Origin: Ramazzottius varieornatus
Taxonomy: Eukaryota > Animalia > Tardigrada
Direction of reading: 5' to 3'
DNA length: 64,000 bases
Assembly: GCA_001949185.1 (NCBI GenBank)
Contig: BDGG01000014.1
Location: 775,378-839,377, forward strand
Shown: one piece after another, positions 25,489 to 38,915 of the stretch
Layout of the letters: every line of letters begins with the position of its first letter
Numbering within the stretch: position 1 is the stretch's first letter
Program-made: the position numbers and the translations under genes
Notes under the pieces: generated by a model
Told to the model about the DNA's origin: nothing
The model's input: the letters and a program-made list of their open reading frames with translations, nothing else
The model's database searches: none

Positions 25489-26188
25489 AACTCTTCGAAT
25501 ATGCTTCTTCTTTTCTGGATATGAAGGAGAAAGGTTGTGGGGATCGATCTTGTTGATAATTTTTCACTCTGTTATACTTGCTTTACCACTTTGACATTGT
25601 AATCGATTTTCTTTTTTAATCGTAGTCATGTTTCTGTTGGGGAAGGGAGTCTTTGCAAATGGAACTTTCTGACAGTTGGCGTGTTGTTAATTTAATAAAA
25701 TTTCTTCATTTGAACTAGCTAAGTTAGCCGAGGATACCAGTACTGTGTAGATGGAATATCGTCAACCGGGAAGTAAGGGAATCGATGCAGAATCAGAGTG
25801 ATTTGGCGGAATGGAGTCACCGGAAGTCAACCGGCAGTTGGCTAGACAGGACTGGGTTGGGCTGTTCGGCCTACCATATCAAATACTGCAGAAAATGGTG
25901 GGCGACAAGGCCCACGTTGGAAGTTTCAATAATATTTATTTTATTTTTGTTTTCCGTCACTTCGTCGTGCTTTTTCTTTCTTGCGGATTATTCCGGTTGT
26001 CATATTGTGAACATCGTGTTTACGTCGTATTTTGGGACGCCTCGAGGAAGATCGAACTGGGTTTGGTGTGGATTTTTATGGAGAAGAACGCTGGGTTGCG
26101 GACATCAAGATAGCCCGCGTTTCTCTGGAAGCGAAATTTGTATTTCAACGCTCCCAGCTCTGACACCTGATCAATTTTGTACAGCATC

Positions 26189-26841
26189 ATGTCGAGTAGA
26201 GAAGGTATGAAAGCGAGCTGTGAGTATCGTGATACATGAAGGTTATTTTTTGTCGATGTAGGCGGGAAGAAGAAGCCACTGAAGGCTCCCAAGAAGGACG
26301 CGAAAGAGCTGGACGAGGTTAGTCTTAATCAAGCGATGTCGCAATCAAACGACATGACATTGTGATTTCCGGTTGGTTTCCACCAGGAATGAGGAATCCA
26401 CCTGGACGAGATGGTCAATGTTTGGTAACTTTGGTTCCTCTTTCTTGTAGGACGACAAGGCCTTCAAGGAGAAACAGAAAGAACAACAGAAGGCTATGAA
26501 GGAAGCGGCGGATAAAGCGGCCAAGAAAGGACCTTTAGGTTTGGGTGGAAAATGAAACGAGACGTTGGCAAATGAATTTTCCAAGATCGATGTGCTAAGC
26601 GGCGCACGCGTTTAGCCAATGTCACCGAAAATGTGCGCCACTTGGGACTCGACAGCATCGGTTGCCCGAGTGGCGCACCCTTCCAGCCCACTAAGCTGTC
26701 GACGTGCGCCGCTTCATGTTACGATCTGTGTGATGTCATTTGCCGGCGGTGCGTAATTGAAGACCTAAAACTTTACTCGGAGAATAATGCTGAGCTGTTC
26801 ATGTTGTAGTTGGAGGAGGTATTAAGAAGTCCGGGAAGTAA
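26189..26841 (+). CDS. TMA7: Translation machinery-associated protein 7 (63 aa)
   Basis: Exons 26189-26204, 26262-26317, 26451-26538 and 26810-26841 give [63 protein letters not shown]. Confidence 0.96.
26566..26745. repeat. Intronic palindromic repeat family A, copy 4 (two units; TMA7 intron 3)
   Basis: Outer ggcaaatga/tcatttgcc; aagcggcgcacg..gtgcgccacttgggactcgac..gagtggcgcac..gtgcgccgctt. Confidence 0.85.
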
Positions 26842-27236
26842 TGGCTTTACAGCGGACCAAGAAAGTGAGAGGCACCCTTTGCCAGATGTGGACCGAAGAC
26901 GCTCATACCGAGATGCTACTTCCTTTTTCCCCAAACATCCGAGCTGTCATCGCTGTTTTATATTCCCTCCATTGATCCAGTGCTTAACAAATTACTGGAG
27001 TTGTCTTTGTCTTTTGTATAGTATCGCTTTCTACTGTAGTTTCCAAATGCTGGAAAGTATCGAGGAGCTCTTCGAAACACTGAAGCAGATTGGCTTTTGA
27101 GTTTGGCAAAGTTTTCCTCGACAGAATTAGTATGAGTAAACACAGCGCAAACATCAGACGAACAGGGAACAGAAAACTCAATAATAAGACCAACATTATT
27201 TGGACAGAAAAAAAGATAAAAGAAAATAAATCAATG

Positions 27237-29819
27237 CTATAAGAAGCCAGTGGGTCTTTTGGAAAATGTGTTGAGGGACTGGGTCAACGCCTTCTGCATG
27301 ACATGGACGTTCCGCCCATCCTTTTGCCGCTCCTGCGTCAGAGCTTCCGTGTAGGTAGTAAGTTCGGCCTTCTCCTTGTCCTGCTTGTCCAGCTGTTGTC
27401 GCACATGCTCGTACGTCTTGCGCTTTTCTTCCGACGCCCGACTTTCGCGCGTTTTCTGTAAAGAGCATTCAACATCATGTATTATTCCTTCCTATTCTTG
27501 CACTACAACTTTTCTCTAACATATTCCACCGCAAGAACGTTGCCACAATTTTCTAATTCGAAGCAAATGCAAAATTTCAGAACTAAAACTGCAATGGGAG
27601 CTCAGCAAACAAACTCGACCAGATTGTTGTCCCAAAGGGCGCACATTTCATTGTCATAGGCTGAAAGAGTGCGCCACTGGAATAAACGTCGGCAAGTTTG
27701 TTTGCCCGGGTCCCAAATTATTTTACAATCTCTGTAATGAAATGTCCGGAAATTTTGTGGCTTACTGTTTGGAAGTCCCAGTAGTCCACCGTTTCCTTCT
27801 GGACCTGCTGCTTCTTCTCCCTCTTGGCCTTCATTTCCGCGTCGTCCCTGGCATTCTCGTCGATGCGCATCTGCTCGAACCGACGTATGTTCGCGTCGGC
27901 TGATTGCCTGTCGTGGACCCTCCGTACTTCCTACAAGTGAACAAACCCTGGCTAAGCCCTGCAGATTTCCCATTCAATCAAGAAAGAACCTTACATGCTC
28001 GGCAATGTCCGCCAGAATATCGGCTTTGCTCTTGAGACGTTTCTCCTCTTTCACTTCCTGCTCTTTCTTGTAGGCGTCCGCGTAGTCACTGTGTTCCAGA
28101 GAACTCTGCGCTTCTTCTGAAGCCTTTAGTCTCTTGTTTTCGAGATCTTCCGCCACTAGGTATACACGGTGAATTCGTTCATCCGTCTCACTACAAACAT
28201 AATTCGGAAAATAAAAATATTCCACAATTCGAGCTGTAAACTTGAATGTTTACCTTTTTCTTCTGCGCTGATACGCCACAAGGTTCTTCGTTGCACTGAC
28301 TTTTCTCTTGACATTTTCATGCCTGAGGAGTTTCTGAAAGTCTTCGGCGTTGGCTTCAGCCACCTTAATCTTCTCGACCGTTCTGTAGCGCTCTTCCAAG
28401 TCCTCCATCTGTGCTTCTTTCGCCGCCATCTGCAACCTTTTCTCCGCTTCATCCTCCTTTTTCAAGTCCTCATTGTACTGCTTAATCCCCGCTGTCTGCT
28501 TTCTCAACAGGTCAAAATCATGCCCAACCTTACAATCAAAACACACAAAATTAAATTTGATTTTAAGTAAAAATTGGAAGCTCGGCGAAGATTCCGGGAA
28601 CATTGTTTTTCCCCAAGTGGCGAACTTTCCAGCCAATAACACCACTTGCGTACGCCATTCAAAAACTCGAAAAGCTCATCTTTTCAAGTGGCGCGTGGTC
28701 TTGGCCACAACAGTGAAAATATGCGCCACAAAAGAACTCAACAAGTTCGTTTTTCCCGGCGTCGCACGCTTCAAGCTAGTACCACTAAGAATGTGCGCCA
28801 CTTGGGAAAACGACCTTGTCGAGCTCGAGCTCCTGAACTAGAAAAAAAATTACGAAAATTTCGAAAATACAAAAAACTGATGATTTTAGGTTACAAACAA
28901 CATTCTTCTGGCTGTTTGAGGCATTCTAAACACCTTTTTCGAGTTAATGATGGCCAACATGGCATCAGTGTCTTCCTTCATCTGTTTCCTTTTGAACAGC
29001 TTCTGCAGTCTTTCGTTTTCCGCTTGTCGATCTTCTTCGGCTAGTTCTCCCTTCAGTATCGCCACATCATGGGCTTCCCACTTAGCGGCAACGTTCTTGT
29101 GGTGGTTCTGCTGAGTACCTTGACCATACTGCGCTTCGATCTCCAGTAGACACTTGTTGACGTTCTTGATTTCGTCCCGCCGATGAAAAAACATCGTCTT
29201 GGCGTTGTTCACTACTTCTAGCTTCGTTGCTTCTTTATACTTTTCCATCTCCACTGCGTCTTCTTTATTCTTTCTCTCGATGTACTCGCGAACCGCTGCG
29301 GCGTCTTCCCGGTACGACGGCTGCAAACGCAACAGAACAGTCCTTAACCCATTTGAACCGAACGCACACAATCGTGCAAAGGACGTCATGTAACACGAGA
29401 TAAAACACCTTCACCACGCCGCACACAGTCAGGTGCCTGATTATGCATTTGAACGAGGTTGCAGCAGATTAGTAAAGAATTTTGATTTGATTGAGCATGG
29501 TGAAATTCCAGTGACTACAAACCTACCGTACATTATGCGTATTGATCCAGCTGTCCTTCAGCTTGGCCGAATCATCTTCCATCTTTTGCCGTTCGACGGA
29601 TATCACCACTGTCTTCTTTCGGACACCTCGCTTGGTTTCCGCGACGGACTTGCTAGGTTCGGTTTTGGGGAGCAAAGGGATGTCGTTCAACGGCAGTGTT
29701 TGGTGAATGATGTTGAGGAACCTGTCCATGGGCAGCGCGTTGTGGATGAGACGCTGCTGCGGCGTCATGGTTTGTACGGGCTGGAACGGCGGCACGAAAT
29801 CCGCGCCATGCTGAGCCAT
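27237..29819 (-). CDS. CFAP210: Coiled-coil ciliary/flagellar protein, CFAP210 (CCDC173)-like
   Basis: Multi-exon E/K/R-rich coiled coil with family-like motifs SWINT, AKTMFFHRRDEIKNVNKCLL and C-terminal DGRNVHVMQKA. Stop TAG at 27237-27239. Confidence 0.65.
27596..27716. repeat. Intronic palindromic repeat family A, copy 5 (intron 27456-27765)
   Basis: gggagctcagcaaacaaactcgac..ggcgcac-loop-gtgcgccactgg..gtcggcaagtttgtttgcccgggtccc. Confidence 0.88.
28575..28835. repeat. Intronic palindromic repeat family A, copy 6 (three units; intron 28529-28933)
   Basis: ggaagctcggcg..., three hairpin units (two starting caagtggcg, the last ending tgcgccacttggg) with gaactc-like linkers, ..gagctcgagctcc. 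Confidence 0.85.
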
Positions 29820-30277
29820 CGTTCCTTTCTGCTCCTAGAAACGCATATTCACAACCAATACCTGAAAACTAGCGAACCCCAGAAAACACGAACAGAGTCA
29901 CTTCCTCCGACAAATCTTACAGACGAACTTCGACGGGAGACCCGCTTCGATTCTTTCCTCCTTCTCGAGGAAGTTGCCACGCACCTGTAAAGATAAAACC
30001 ACGAATTAGTCCGAATAATCCACAAACTCTCCCAAGAAGAAACTCTGAGCGAACAGGGAAGTGAACTTCCGGTCTGACTTACATTCGCGAAAAATTACGG
30101 ATCAAATTTGAATTGATTGATGGAAGTTACCGTGGACCAGCACACTGCCAATGCTTAACAAATGATAGGATTGTGAAGTCATCCACGTTGTAATTTTCAC
30201 GCTGCGCTTTGCATCGGCAGGAATTTTCTGTCTTCTTCTGCAAACCCAAAACGTTTTCACGCTGGTAAAGTGTTCTT

Positions 30278-31503
30278 ATGGCTTCTTCGAAGCCGTCCAC
30301 GCCTTCACTCAGTCAGCATCGTCCAGGAAAGATCCTAATTGCCTTTGATTTTGACCACACAATCGCCGAGGAGAACACCGATGTCTTCGTCCGACGCCTC
30401 CTCGGACCGGAAGGCCTACCAGCAGAAATCGAAGCACAGCAACGTTCCCTTGGATGGACGAAGTTCATGGGAGCCATACTTCAGCACCTGCACGATAAAG
30501 GAATCACCAGCAACCAAATTCGGGATTTGATGCAGAGAACACCTCTAACTCCGGGTGGGAGAAAGCTGTCAGAAATCAAATTTTAAAAATGCGTTAATTT
30601 GCTATGTTGCCGATTAATCAAAATCAAGCATACATAAATGGAATGTGACAAGTGACGTCACTGCGATAAATAGCTTAGGCGTGGCTAAGGTGTTTGGCCC
30701 GTTCCAATAAAATTGCGGGATGATGGTCGTGTGCGTAGCCGTACTGACCGACGGGTTTCTGTTCAAACCGTTCATTTGCTCCCGTCGTTAGGAATGGATG
30801 TACTTTTACGGTATCTTCATGAGAAACACCACGTTTTCGACTGTGTCATCATCTCCGACGCGAACTCGCTCTTCATCTGGTGGATATTACACTTTACAAA
30901 ACTGGAAGGAGTCTTCCCGCTGTCGAGCATCTACACCAACCCAGCGCGGATCGACGATACGGACTGTAAGAGACAATCGGGAGCTTGGCAAACAAGCTTG
31001 GTTGGCTCGGTTTCTCAAGTGACGCACGCTTCAAACCAATAAAACACTGAACATGTGCGCCACTGAAGGAAACAATTTGGCCGCGTCCGCGAACCGAACT
31101 CGCATTCCACGTCCAGTCAATTCAGTTGGAAAGTCTTTCCCTTTCAGGTTTGCGGATAGACTTTTATCATCATAACAGCACTTGTAAACTCAGTGCTCCC
31201 AACCTGTGCAAAGGCCGGGTCCTTCAGGAACACATCTCGCGGATGAAGCGCGAAGAAAACCAAGAGTACCGGACAGTGGTCTTCATCGGTGACGGTCTAA
31301 ATGACTATTGTCCCGCTGTTCAACTGGCAGAGACTGACTACATTGCAGCAAGGAAAGGCTATAAACTCATCGAGAAGATCAAGGAAGATCGTTCGGCGGT
31401 TGAAGCCAGCTTGGTTCCTTGGACCAACGGCAAAGACTTGCTCGACTTTGTACAAAACCTCGAAAAAACGTTCCCACTGTACGTGCCGCAGCTTGTGACA
31501 TGA
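30278..31503 (+). CDS. PHOSPHO2: HAD-family pyridoxal phosphate/phosphoethanolamine phosphatase (PHOSPHO1/2)
   Basis: Exons 30278-30554, 30792-30965 and 31148-31503; AFDFDHTI, IISDAN, IYTNP, NLCKG, IGDGLNDYCP. Confidence 0.9.
30979..31103. repeat. Intronic palindromic repeat family A, copy 7 (PHOSPHO intron 2)
   Basis: cgggagcttggcaaacaagct (21-bp identical to the reverse complement of 50743-50763) then caagtgacgcacgctt..gtgcgccactg. Confidence 0.88.
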
Positions 31504-33560
31504 GAGTAGCAACGTCCAGTATTGTCGAAGCAAGTATTGCCAATGCATGGTTTTGATACTGAAAAGTTCGGTGGAAATATTTAAAGAACCAATTTTTCTT
31601 GCGATTACCGCTTTGCTTTCCTGTATGGCCAAACGAGCGGCACATCAAAGTCTTGTCTTGTCCGACGGTCTGGCCTTCTTTATGAACCGCAGATTTGCTC
31701 TTGTAAACATTGTGGCGCGCTGATGATTGACCGACTGACGGAATTACACAATACAAGGAAATTTCCCAAGCAACAGAAAGCGATCCAGGGCGGAGAATCG
31801 GCACCCGTCAATACGGGACTGTTCACACGTCGTTGCCATGCCGCAGGTTCAGTAATTTGCACCGTACTGTACACCGTGCTGGTTCGACCAACGGATCTTG
31901 AACATATAGAAAGCCTGGCTCGAATATCTTTCTGGCGGAGCTGCCATTTGGGAACTTCGGTTGAGCACCTGAATGTCTCACTTTCGATTGATAGATTAAT
32001 CCTTTTGAATGTTTTACCTGATTACTTTTGGAAATTTATAGCTGAGTACACGGACCATGCAGTTACCCAACCTCCGAAGTCGAGAAAATATGGTTTGGAT
32101 CGTTTGCACCGGATTTCAAGACACAAGAAAGGTCAGTTGATGTTCAGGATCATTTGTCCATGAACTGGAAACGTTGCTTGAGAGCCGGTTGGCGTACAGA
32201 CTGAAAGCACCGCAAACAGCAATGTCGAATCTTGATTGTCATGGTCGATTGTTTCGAAAGTCAGTCAAGGAGTGAAAATACCTCACACTAACCGACTCGA
32301 CAGTACAGTAGAGCGAAAGAGTCGATAAGTTAGTCAAAAAGAAAAAGTGCGAAAAAGCACAGTGAAAAGCAAGTGAAAAGGAAGAAAACAAGCAGGAATG
32401 TCGGACAAGAGCGGAAAACTAGTTAGATGCGTTCTAGATTTTCGTACCTTCATTAAGGTCGATCTTTCCCGTTTCGGACGACAGCTGGTGCGCTCTTGAA
32501 GTTGGTCTCAGATGCAAGCTATTGTTGTAGTAGCCCTTGTCGGTCCAGACGGCAAAGTACTCCAGCATTTGATATCCGTCCAAAGTCACGATTGGCTGGT
32601 CAGGATAATATTATGGTAATTCTCCGGTAGCCACTCTGTGACTGGTACTTCTCATCAAGATATATGCTGTTCTTTGTGCATTAGTTCAATCTTGGCGCGG
32701 TGCTTCTTCGGTTCGACCATGGGGTATTGCTTCTTTTTGTTCGTCTTTCGCGTGATCCAGTGGTCTTGAGAAGGCGGTTGGCGTAAACAAAGTTCTCGTT
32801 TGATGTGCTGCGCACTACTACAAGATGCTTGCTGAAAATGGCTGCGTCTGCGGTACGAGTAGTGCTGTTCGTGGTATTGTGACTCCCTGTATTGTCTTGT
32901 ACGACAAGTTTAGCTCGTACTGCTATTCGTTTACGAACTACTCATCATTATAGTCTCTAAGGGCGAATGTCGGTGTGGTCTCGACAAGGGTTCCTGTAAG
33001 ACAAGCGTCATCATTGTCTTCAGCGATTCCAAATCGAGAACATCTGCTTATGTCTACGTAATTCTTGAAAGGTACCACTCATGGAATTTAAAATCAAGTT
33101 ACAAGTCGTTTAGATTGTTAGCAAGGCACGCTTGTCCTGACTCCATCGACTCAAGTTAGACAGATGGTAAAATGCTGGGTGACTGCAGTCCGTGCGGCGA
33201 GGCAATTTTGAGCCATTGAATTTGAAACAAACAGTTCGATATTGCCTTCACATGGCAACCACAATACGAACTTGATTAACACTTAAAAGACCAAGGTGGT
33301 ACCCCGGTTGCTTGGCGCACCCCAAAAGCCTTCCAGAATGGCTTCTGTTGAACCTTTTCGTCTCAAATTTTCGCGTTTGCTTTCAGAAACTTTGTCGCTT
33401 CCAGTTAAAAAAGACGTGAACTGGCTAGCAGCTTTCTGAAAATTTCTTGAGAATATTTCTTGAGCATATTTTGTCTTGAGTTGACAGGCCAGATTTTTAC
33501 TCAAGAGCTGGCTGACGGAAAGCCTGCTTGAAAATTGGACAGAGAGCTAGTACAGTGGTA

Positions 33561-35488
33561 CTGTATTCTCTCCGGTAATTTCCCTACGTCACTCGAACGG
33601 TTTTTACAAATGATGCAAGAATGAAATTGCGGTATCTGCCACAGTGGCAAAACCGTGTCGTCATGAGACTCAATCAACGACATGCAATCAATCACAAGCG
33701 TGTATATAGTTTCAAACAAAGATTAGTCAGCTGTTCAACAGGAGGCTTCTTCGTCTCCCTCAGACAATTCATATCCGCCGATTCGCATTGTACTTTTCGT
33801 TGCGTTTTTCTCTGTCAGAGAACTTTTGTCTTTCGAAATCGCATTTTGATCTTGCAACCTATTGGTGCGATTATGGTGAAGGATGAGGAGACTGAGGAAT
33901 CGACCGACGAACTCGAACCAGCGCCGTAGAAAGGAAATTCTTGAGGATACTCGGCCGGAGGTACGAGCGAAAATCATCTGCGACGTGGATCACGGCGTAA
34001 GTCGTCTCGAATACTCGTACACTAATTCCAGTTGAATGTTGTAAAGGGTATATTATACTGATTTTGTTTCGTGCAGGTCAGTGTTGGTGAAGTAGCCGAT
34101 AAGTACGACATGTCAGTGCGAAATGTTCGAAACATCTGCAGGCTGAAAACCAAACTTTCAGAAACCTTAAAGAATGGAGGTGCAGAAGTGCGGAAGAGAA
34201 AGAAGATTGAACTGAAGCTGCAGTTCCCGCAGATCGACGAAGGTTGCCTGAAGTTTTTAAAGTGGGCCCGTGACAGAAGAATTCCGATTCGCCCCGTCTT
34301 TCTGAAGAATGTCACCACTTTCAGATGCAGTGAATGGTTAGATAAGTTCCTGCGACGTCATGACATCAACCTTCAGCGTCTTCACGGTAAAACTAAATCT
34401 CAGTTTCTGGCAGACTTATAATGCTAATCTAACAACCTAATTTGCTTGTGGGGGAGGAATCCAGCACCGACTTGGCTGCTCTCGAGGAATGGTTCGCAGA
34501 AGACTTGCCGACCATTCTTCTTAACATTGACCCTCGGAATCTTCTGAATGCTGACGAGACAGGTCTATGGTGGCGCAATGTGGGAATTTGCTCTTTGGTC
34601 ACATGAGGTAAGCAGCAGACCGGCGTCAAGGTAGCCAAAGACAGAATTACCATATTCTTACTGTGCTCCGCCGCGGGTGAAAAGTTTGCAATCTGTGTGA
34701 TTGGCACTTCCGAGAGACCCTGAGCATTTCAGAAAAATGCTGTACATGACGTTACGGTTGGTGAATATGTGTTCTCATACTACCACAATTCCACGGCATG
34801 GATGACCACAGTTGTCTTCAACTCGTGGCTCGACTGGGTCAATGGCGAAATGGTCAAACAGAACCGACATGCTCTTCTGATTGTGGACAACTTCATAGCT
34901 CACAAGGTCGCTTCTCGCCCAAATATCAAAATTACGTTTCTTCCTACCTAAGTGCACGGCAAAAGCGCAGCCACTCGATGCCGGCATCATCAAGTGCTTC
35001 AAAGATGCGTTCAAACATCATCTTTTCAGACGTGTGTTTGAAAGAATCCCAACCGTTACCGGAGTTGAAGATTTCGTGAAGGGATTGACAATTTTCGATG
35101 CAGTAGACTGGGCAATGGAAGCTTGGAAAAACGTCAGGCCTTCCACTATCGTTAATTGTTTTCACAAGTGTGAGATGGTCGAAGAGAAGTGGAGTGAAAA
35201 CCAGTCAGAAGAAACTGCGGAAGTCACTAGTCCAGCACATTCTTCTGCTTTGTCGGTTGTGCAAAGTCTTGTGAGTTTCGATGACGATGTGTTGTAGATA
35301 CTGCAGTGTAGTGTTGATTTTACCTCTTAAAACTTGTGTTTCCTTGTGATTGTTTCGTTCTTGCTGTGCAAATTTTTGTTTAAAATGACGTAGTAAACTG
35401 ACGTAGAGCGAAAGCTGCCTGTTCGCTTCGCAAACTGTTTAACAAAAGTATCGCCTGTGACGTAGGGAAATTACTGGAGAGAATACAG
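33561..35488 (+). mobile_element. Full-length Tigger/pogo (Tc1-mariner superfamily) DNA transposon with an inactivated transposase
   Basis: 32-bp TIR CTGTATTCTCTCC(G/A)GTAATTTCCCTACGTCAC at both ends, flanked by TA. Confidence 0.93.
33920..35297 (+). pseudogene. Tigger/pogo transposase (CENP-B-type HTH plus DDE_1), with short introns, in-frame stops and a frameshift
   Basis: HTH region, WLDKFLRRH, NADETGL, KDRIT, AWMT..F..WL, LLIVDN, QPLDAGII..FK; premature TGA near 34604 and 34721. Confidence 0.9.
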
Positions 35489-35732
35489 TACCGTCTTAGA
35501 AGCTTCAGTATGATCCATGCTGCGTGACCAGTGATCACAGAAAAACCGGAAAGTTCTGACCCTTTGGTTCACTTAGTGGCGCATTTTACTTGAAAAATAC
35601 AAAGCGTACATATGTGGTGCTTGGCCCGATCTGACCCCACCTCACAATTTTAGCCAGTTAAAAATTGGGGAAGGTGATTTACGGGGGGTAAATCCAGAGC
35701 TCAGAATTGCGTGGTCTTCTTAGTGTTAGCCG

Positions 35733-35758
35733 ATCAATCAATCAATCAATCAATCAAT
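35733..35758. repeat. (ATCA)n microsatellite
   Basis: About 6.5 copies of atca. Confidence 0.85.
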
Positions 35759-36896
35759 AAAAATGTACTTGATTGCTTGATTGATGAAATCAGCGATGAG
35801 TTTTCTCTTCGATTAATTACTGGAATTTTCTGACTGTTCGGGTGATTTTTGTTCGGTTGATTCTTTTATTGACGTTCATAGACTTTTGATGATCCGGTCC
35901 AACCGGATTGATGATTTGGAATGCCGACTCGGTTCGGTCTTCCCTTGAGTCGAAGCGTTCAGAAGTCCGGCCCGGACTTATTGGACGGCTCGATCGAATG
36001 AAAGATCGGACCAAATAGCCAGCCGAGTGACAGGCTGTCATGTCAGATGGAGATCCGACAAGACAGTCTGATCGTCAGTGATGTCAGCACCTCACCTGAA
36101 AAAAAACGCATTCAGTTTTGAAAGACTATAGCTTTCATATGCGCTGCAGTGCGGGCTGTCAGCCTTTCCCGTGAATACTGATGTTCTGTGTTCGGCACAG
36201 ATCTCCACGGCTGAATGAGAATCTTGTGATATTTTTTTCAGATATTTTTTTTTCGTTTAGAAATCTGAAACGGTTGAGAGAAACGGCTATATTGGGTATC
36301 TTCCAGTTTCGAATATAGAATTTCGGAAACTGGAAGAACGACCAAATATCGAACATCATCTATGCCAAATTTCAACGAAGACATCTTGCCGGGTACCTCT
36401 CGTTGCCTCTTCGCACTCAACTGAAAATTCGAAAAGCTACCGGAGCTTTCCTTACCGTTAAGGGCAACCTGTTCCCATGAACGTACATGTCACGAAACGG
36501 TAGCATTTTCAGGCACAGAAAAATCCGCGTTTCTGTCAGTCGAGCGACTGTTCCCAAGTGCTCCCCCAAAGACTCACAATATTTGTAAGGTAACAGGGAT
36601 GAACGAGAGCTGGAATCAAGATCAGGGTGATCAGATGGAGGATGGAGGAAGGATGGAGGAAGGCGATCAATTGCTGGAACTAAAAGCAGTCAACTGCGAC
36701 GAAACTTATCGTTTAAAAATTTACAAGTCCAAAACTTTGCACGTGCATCAGCCACCACGTATACGCCGGTTGAGGAAAGTGTAAACTAGGCACCTGTCCG
36801 GCCCAAACGGAAGTACGGAATACAGTTTGGTCATTACTTTGCTATATAATCTTTTTTTCTTGGGACGCCATGCCCTTTTCTACGAGTGGTACGAAT

Positions 36897-37734
36897 TAGT
36901 GATGGTGGCATAAAGGTATCCCGATCTAATATAATTTTGATTTAATAAAGCCGAGCTGGCAGAGTTCGAAGATAATCTTAATATAATATGCCGCGACCTC
37001 GGAGCATCTAATATGATGTTAACATATCAGCTTGTTTCGTCGGGTGCTTATTATAATATATTATAAAATTTCTGATCCGTGTGTGAACAGAGCAAGCGAA
37101 CTTTCCTTCTTAGTCTCAACATCGCTTTGGCGTTACCGAAGCCAGGGAACTTTCCTCCTTACATACTTTTATCGTTTAACCAAACCTTCTTCAGACCCAG
37201 CAACAGATAGATCAAAATTCGACAAATTCGACAAATTCGACAAATTCGACACACAGAGCGTTCGAAAGCGCAAAACAGAGCCTGGAAAAGCAGACAGTAT
37301 CGCCTTCAGCAATGAGCATTGCGAGTATGCACGTGGATCGGCGGACTCATGAACCTGCACCATCCAATCAAACGAAGTTGACAATCAATGTATCACCCTG
37401 AACGCTGATCAATATACGGTGATGTGCAGGTGCGTGACGCGTTATGATCCAACCCCAACAGCGCACTGTGCAGAGTCGCACGCTTTCGCTTGACGCAAAT
37501 CAAGTCTTATTTTGATCAACCGAAGCCGAAATCGCATATTAATAATTTTAATATGGAGCGCCCTCCGAGTTGATTTTAATACCATATATTCGGCTCTGGT
37601 TTCCATATAATTTAATACTAATAGATATCCTGCCTCGTTCGAGGCATCAAATGAATTTAATATAATATATTACATGCTAAAGGCATCTAATAATTTCTAA
37701 TTTAATATAATATTCATATATGCCAACATCACTA
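36897..37734. mobile_element. AT-rich hAT-type MITE (~840 bp)
   Basis: 16-bp TIR TAGTGATG(G/T)TGGCATA; flanks gtacgaat/atacgaat (8-bp TSD, one mismatch); AT-rich TAATAT subterminal repeats. Confidence 0.8.
37215..37250. repeat. 9-bp tandem repeat (AAATTCGAC)x4 inside the MITE
   Basis: Four exact copies. Confidence 0.85.
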
Positions 37735-38710
37735 ATACGAATATCAGATACAAAGTATCTTTTCTTGGGCCAAGCTGCAAGGTAAGTTCATGGATATGCA
37801 GGTGGCATGGTCACTCTAAACTTTCGCTGTATCCGTAAATTTTCATCGGGTGGTGGAGGGATGAGCTTCGTCCACCTACGGGGATGATTTCAGACACTAT
37901 GACGTAGATGGCAGATGCAGCGAATATTTACAGTACATAATTGATCATCAGTTCGTTCTTCTGTAGAAATTTTAACCATGGGGTGGTTTTACAGACCATA
38001 TGCAGTTACGCATCTCGAAAGTTGAGCAGGCCTGTCTGGATCATCGTTAACCGATTTTGGCAACGAATTAAGTCCGGATTTTGTATGGTAATTCGATCGA
38101 CAAATGTAGTTTTGCGCGTGAACTGGAGAAAGCTATCATTCAGACTCGTCCACTGAAGCGCTTCGAGCTGAAACGGAACGTTCGGGTTGGTGCTCGGCAG
38201 TTGCATACGAACCAGTATTACGAAGTAAACGGACACAGCCATGCAAGTTCAGTCTGAGCTAGAGAGCAATGGCAAAATACGCATAGGGAGAAAAAAAGCT
38301 CAGCTGTTCTGAATCAACGGGGTTTGTCGGCTGGGTCGTAGCTTTACAGTACTATGCCGGGTGACCCAGTGCAGATTTTCACTAATTCTGATCTTCACCC
38401 TCTGTTGTCACTACTAAAGAAATGCTCCACAATCATGGGTGTCTGGTAGGCTTTTCTTTGTGACGGACACAATCCAGAGGCACCTTCCGATTACCGAGTT
38501 TGTCACCATGCCAGTGGCTCATCAGCGTAGCAGATCTTTAGACCACAAATAGCTGGTGGGTCTCTTGCTTATAACCAGTATGTCACTGTACTGGCCTCGA
38601 CAGTGTACGTGGTCTTTGCTGTGAAAGAGCTTTTGTTCCTCTCCCGATAGTGCTTCCTGGAATCTCTTCGTGGGTGCCATCCAGTCGTTGAGGCGCGAAG
38701 AATTGATTAC

Positions 38711-38915
38711 ATTCTCAAAGTCTTTTCCGCGCATGGATGCGCTGATAAACTGACTTTATCCGCGGGCACATGCGCGGTGAAACTGACTTTATCCGCGGGT
38801 GGATGCGCGGATAAAGTATTTCCCCGCGCATGGAGTTTCTTCGCGCATCCACGCGCGGGTAAAGTCTATTCATCCGCGCATGTACCCGCGGATAAAGTAC
38901 TGTGGACTTTTGAAT
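38711..38915. repeat. Foldback array of ~30-35-bp palindromic units (TTTATCCGCG..CGCGGATAAA)
   Basis: About 5-6 self-complementary units inside an outer IR attc(t/a)..aaagtc/gacttttgaat. Confidence 0.75.

Noticed and set aside
25785-26210. 100-141-aa ORFs upstream of TMA7
   Set aside because: No recognisable motifs; they overlap probable promoter and 5' UTR sequence.
26728-26795. Possible C/D-box snoRNA in TMA7 intron 3 (TGATGT...CTGA)
   Set aside because: The C box is imperfect, it overlaps the family-A repeat end, and I could not identify an rRNA-complementary guide.
31723-33504. 146-aa ORF and neighbouring short ORFs
   Set aside because: No family motifs or consistent splice model; possibly decayed TE sequence, but unsupported.
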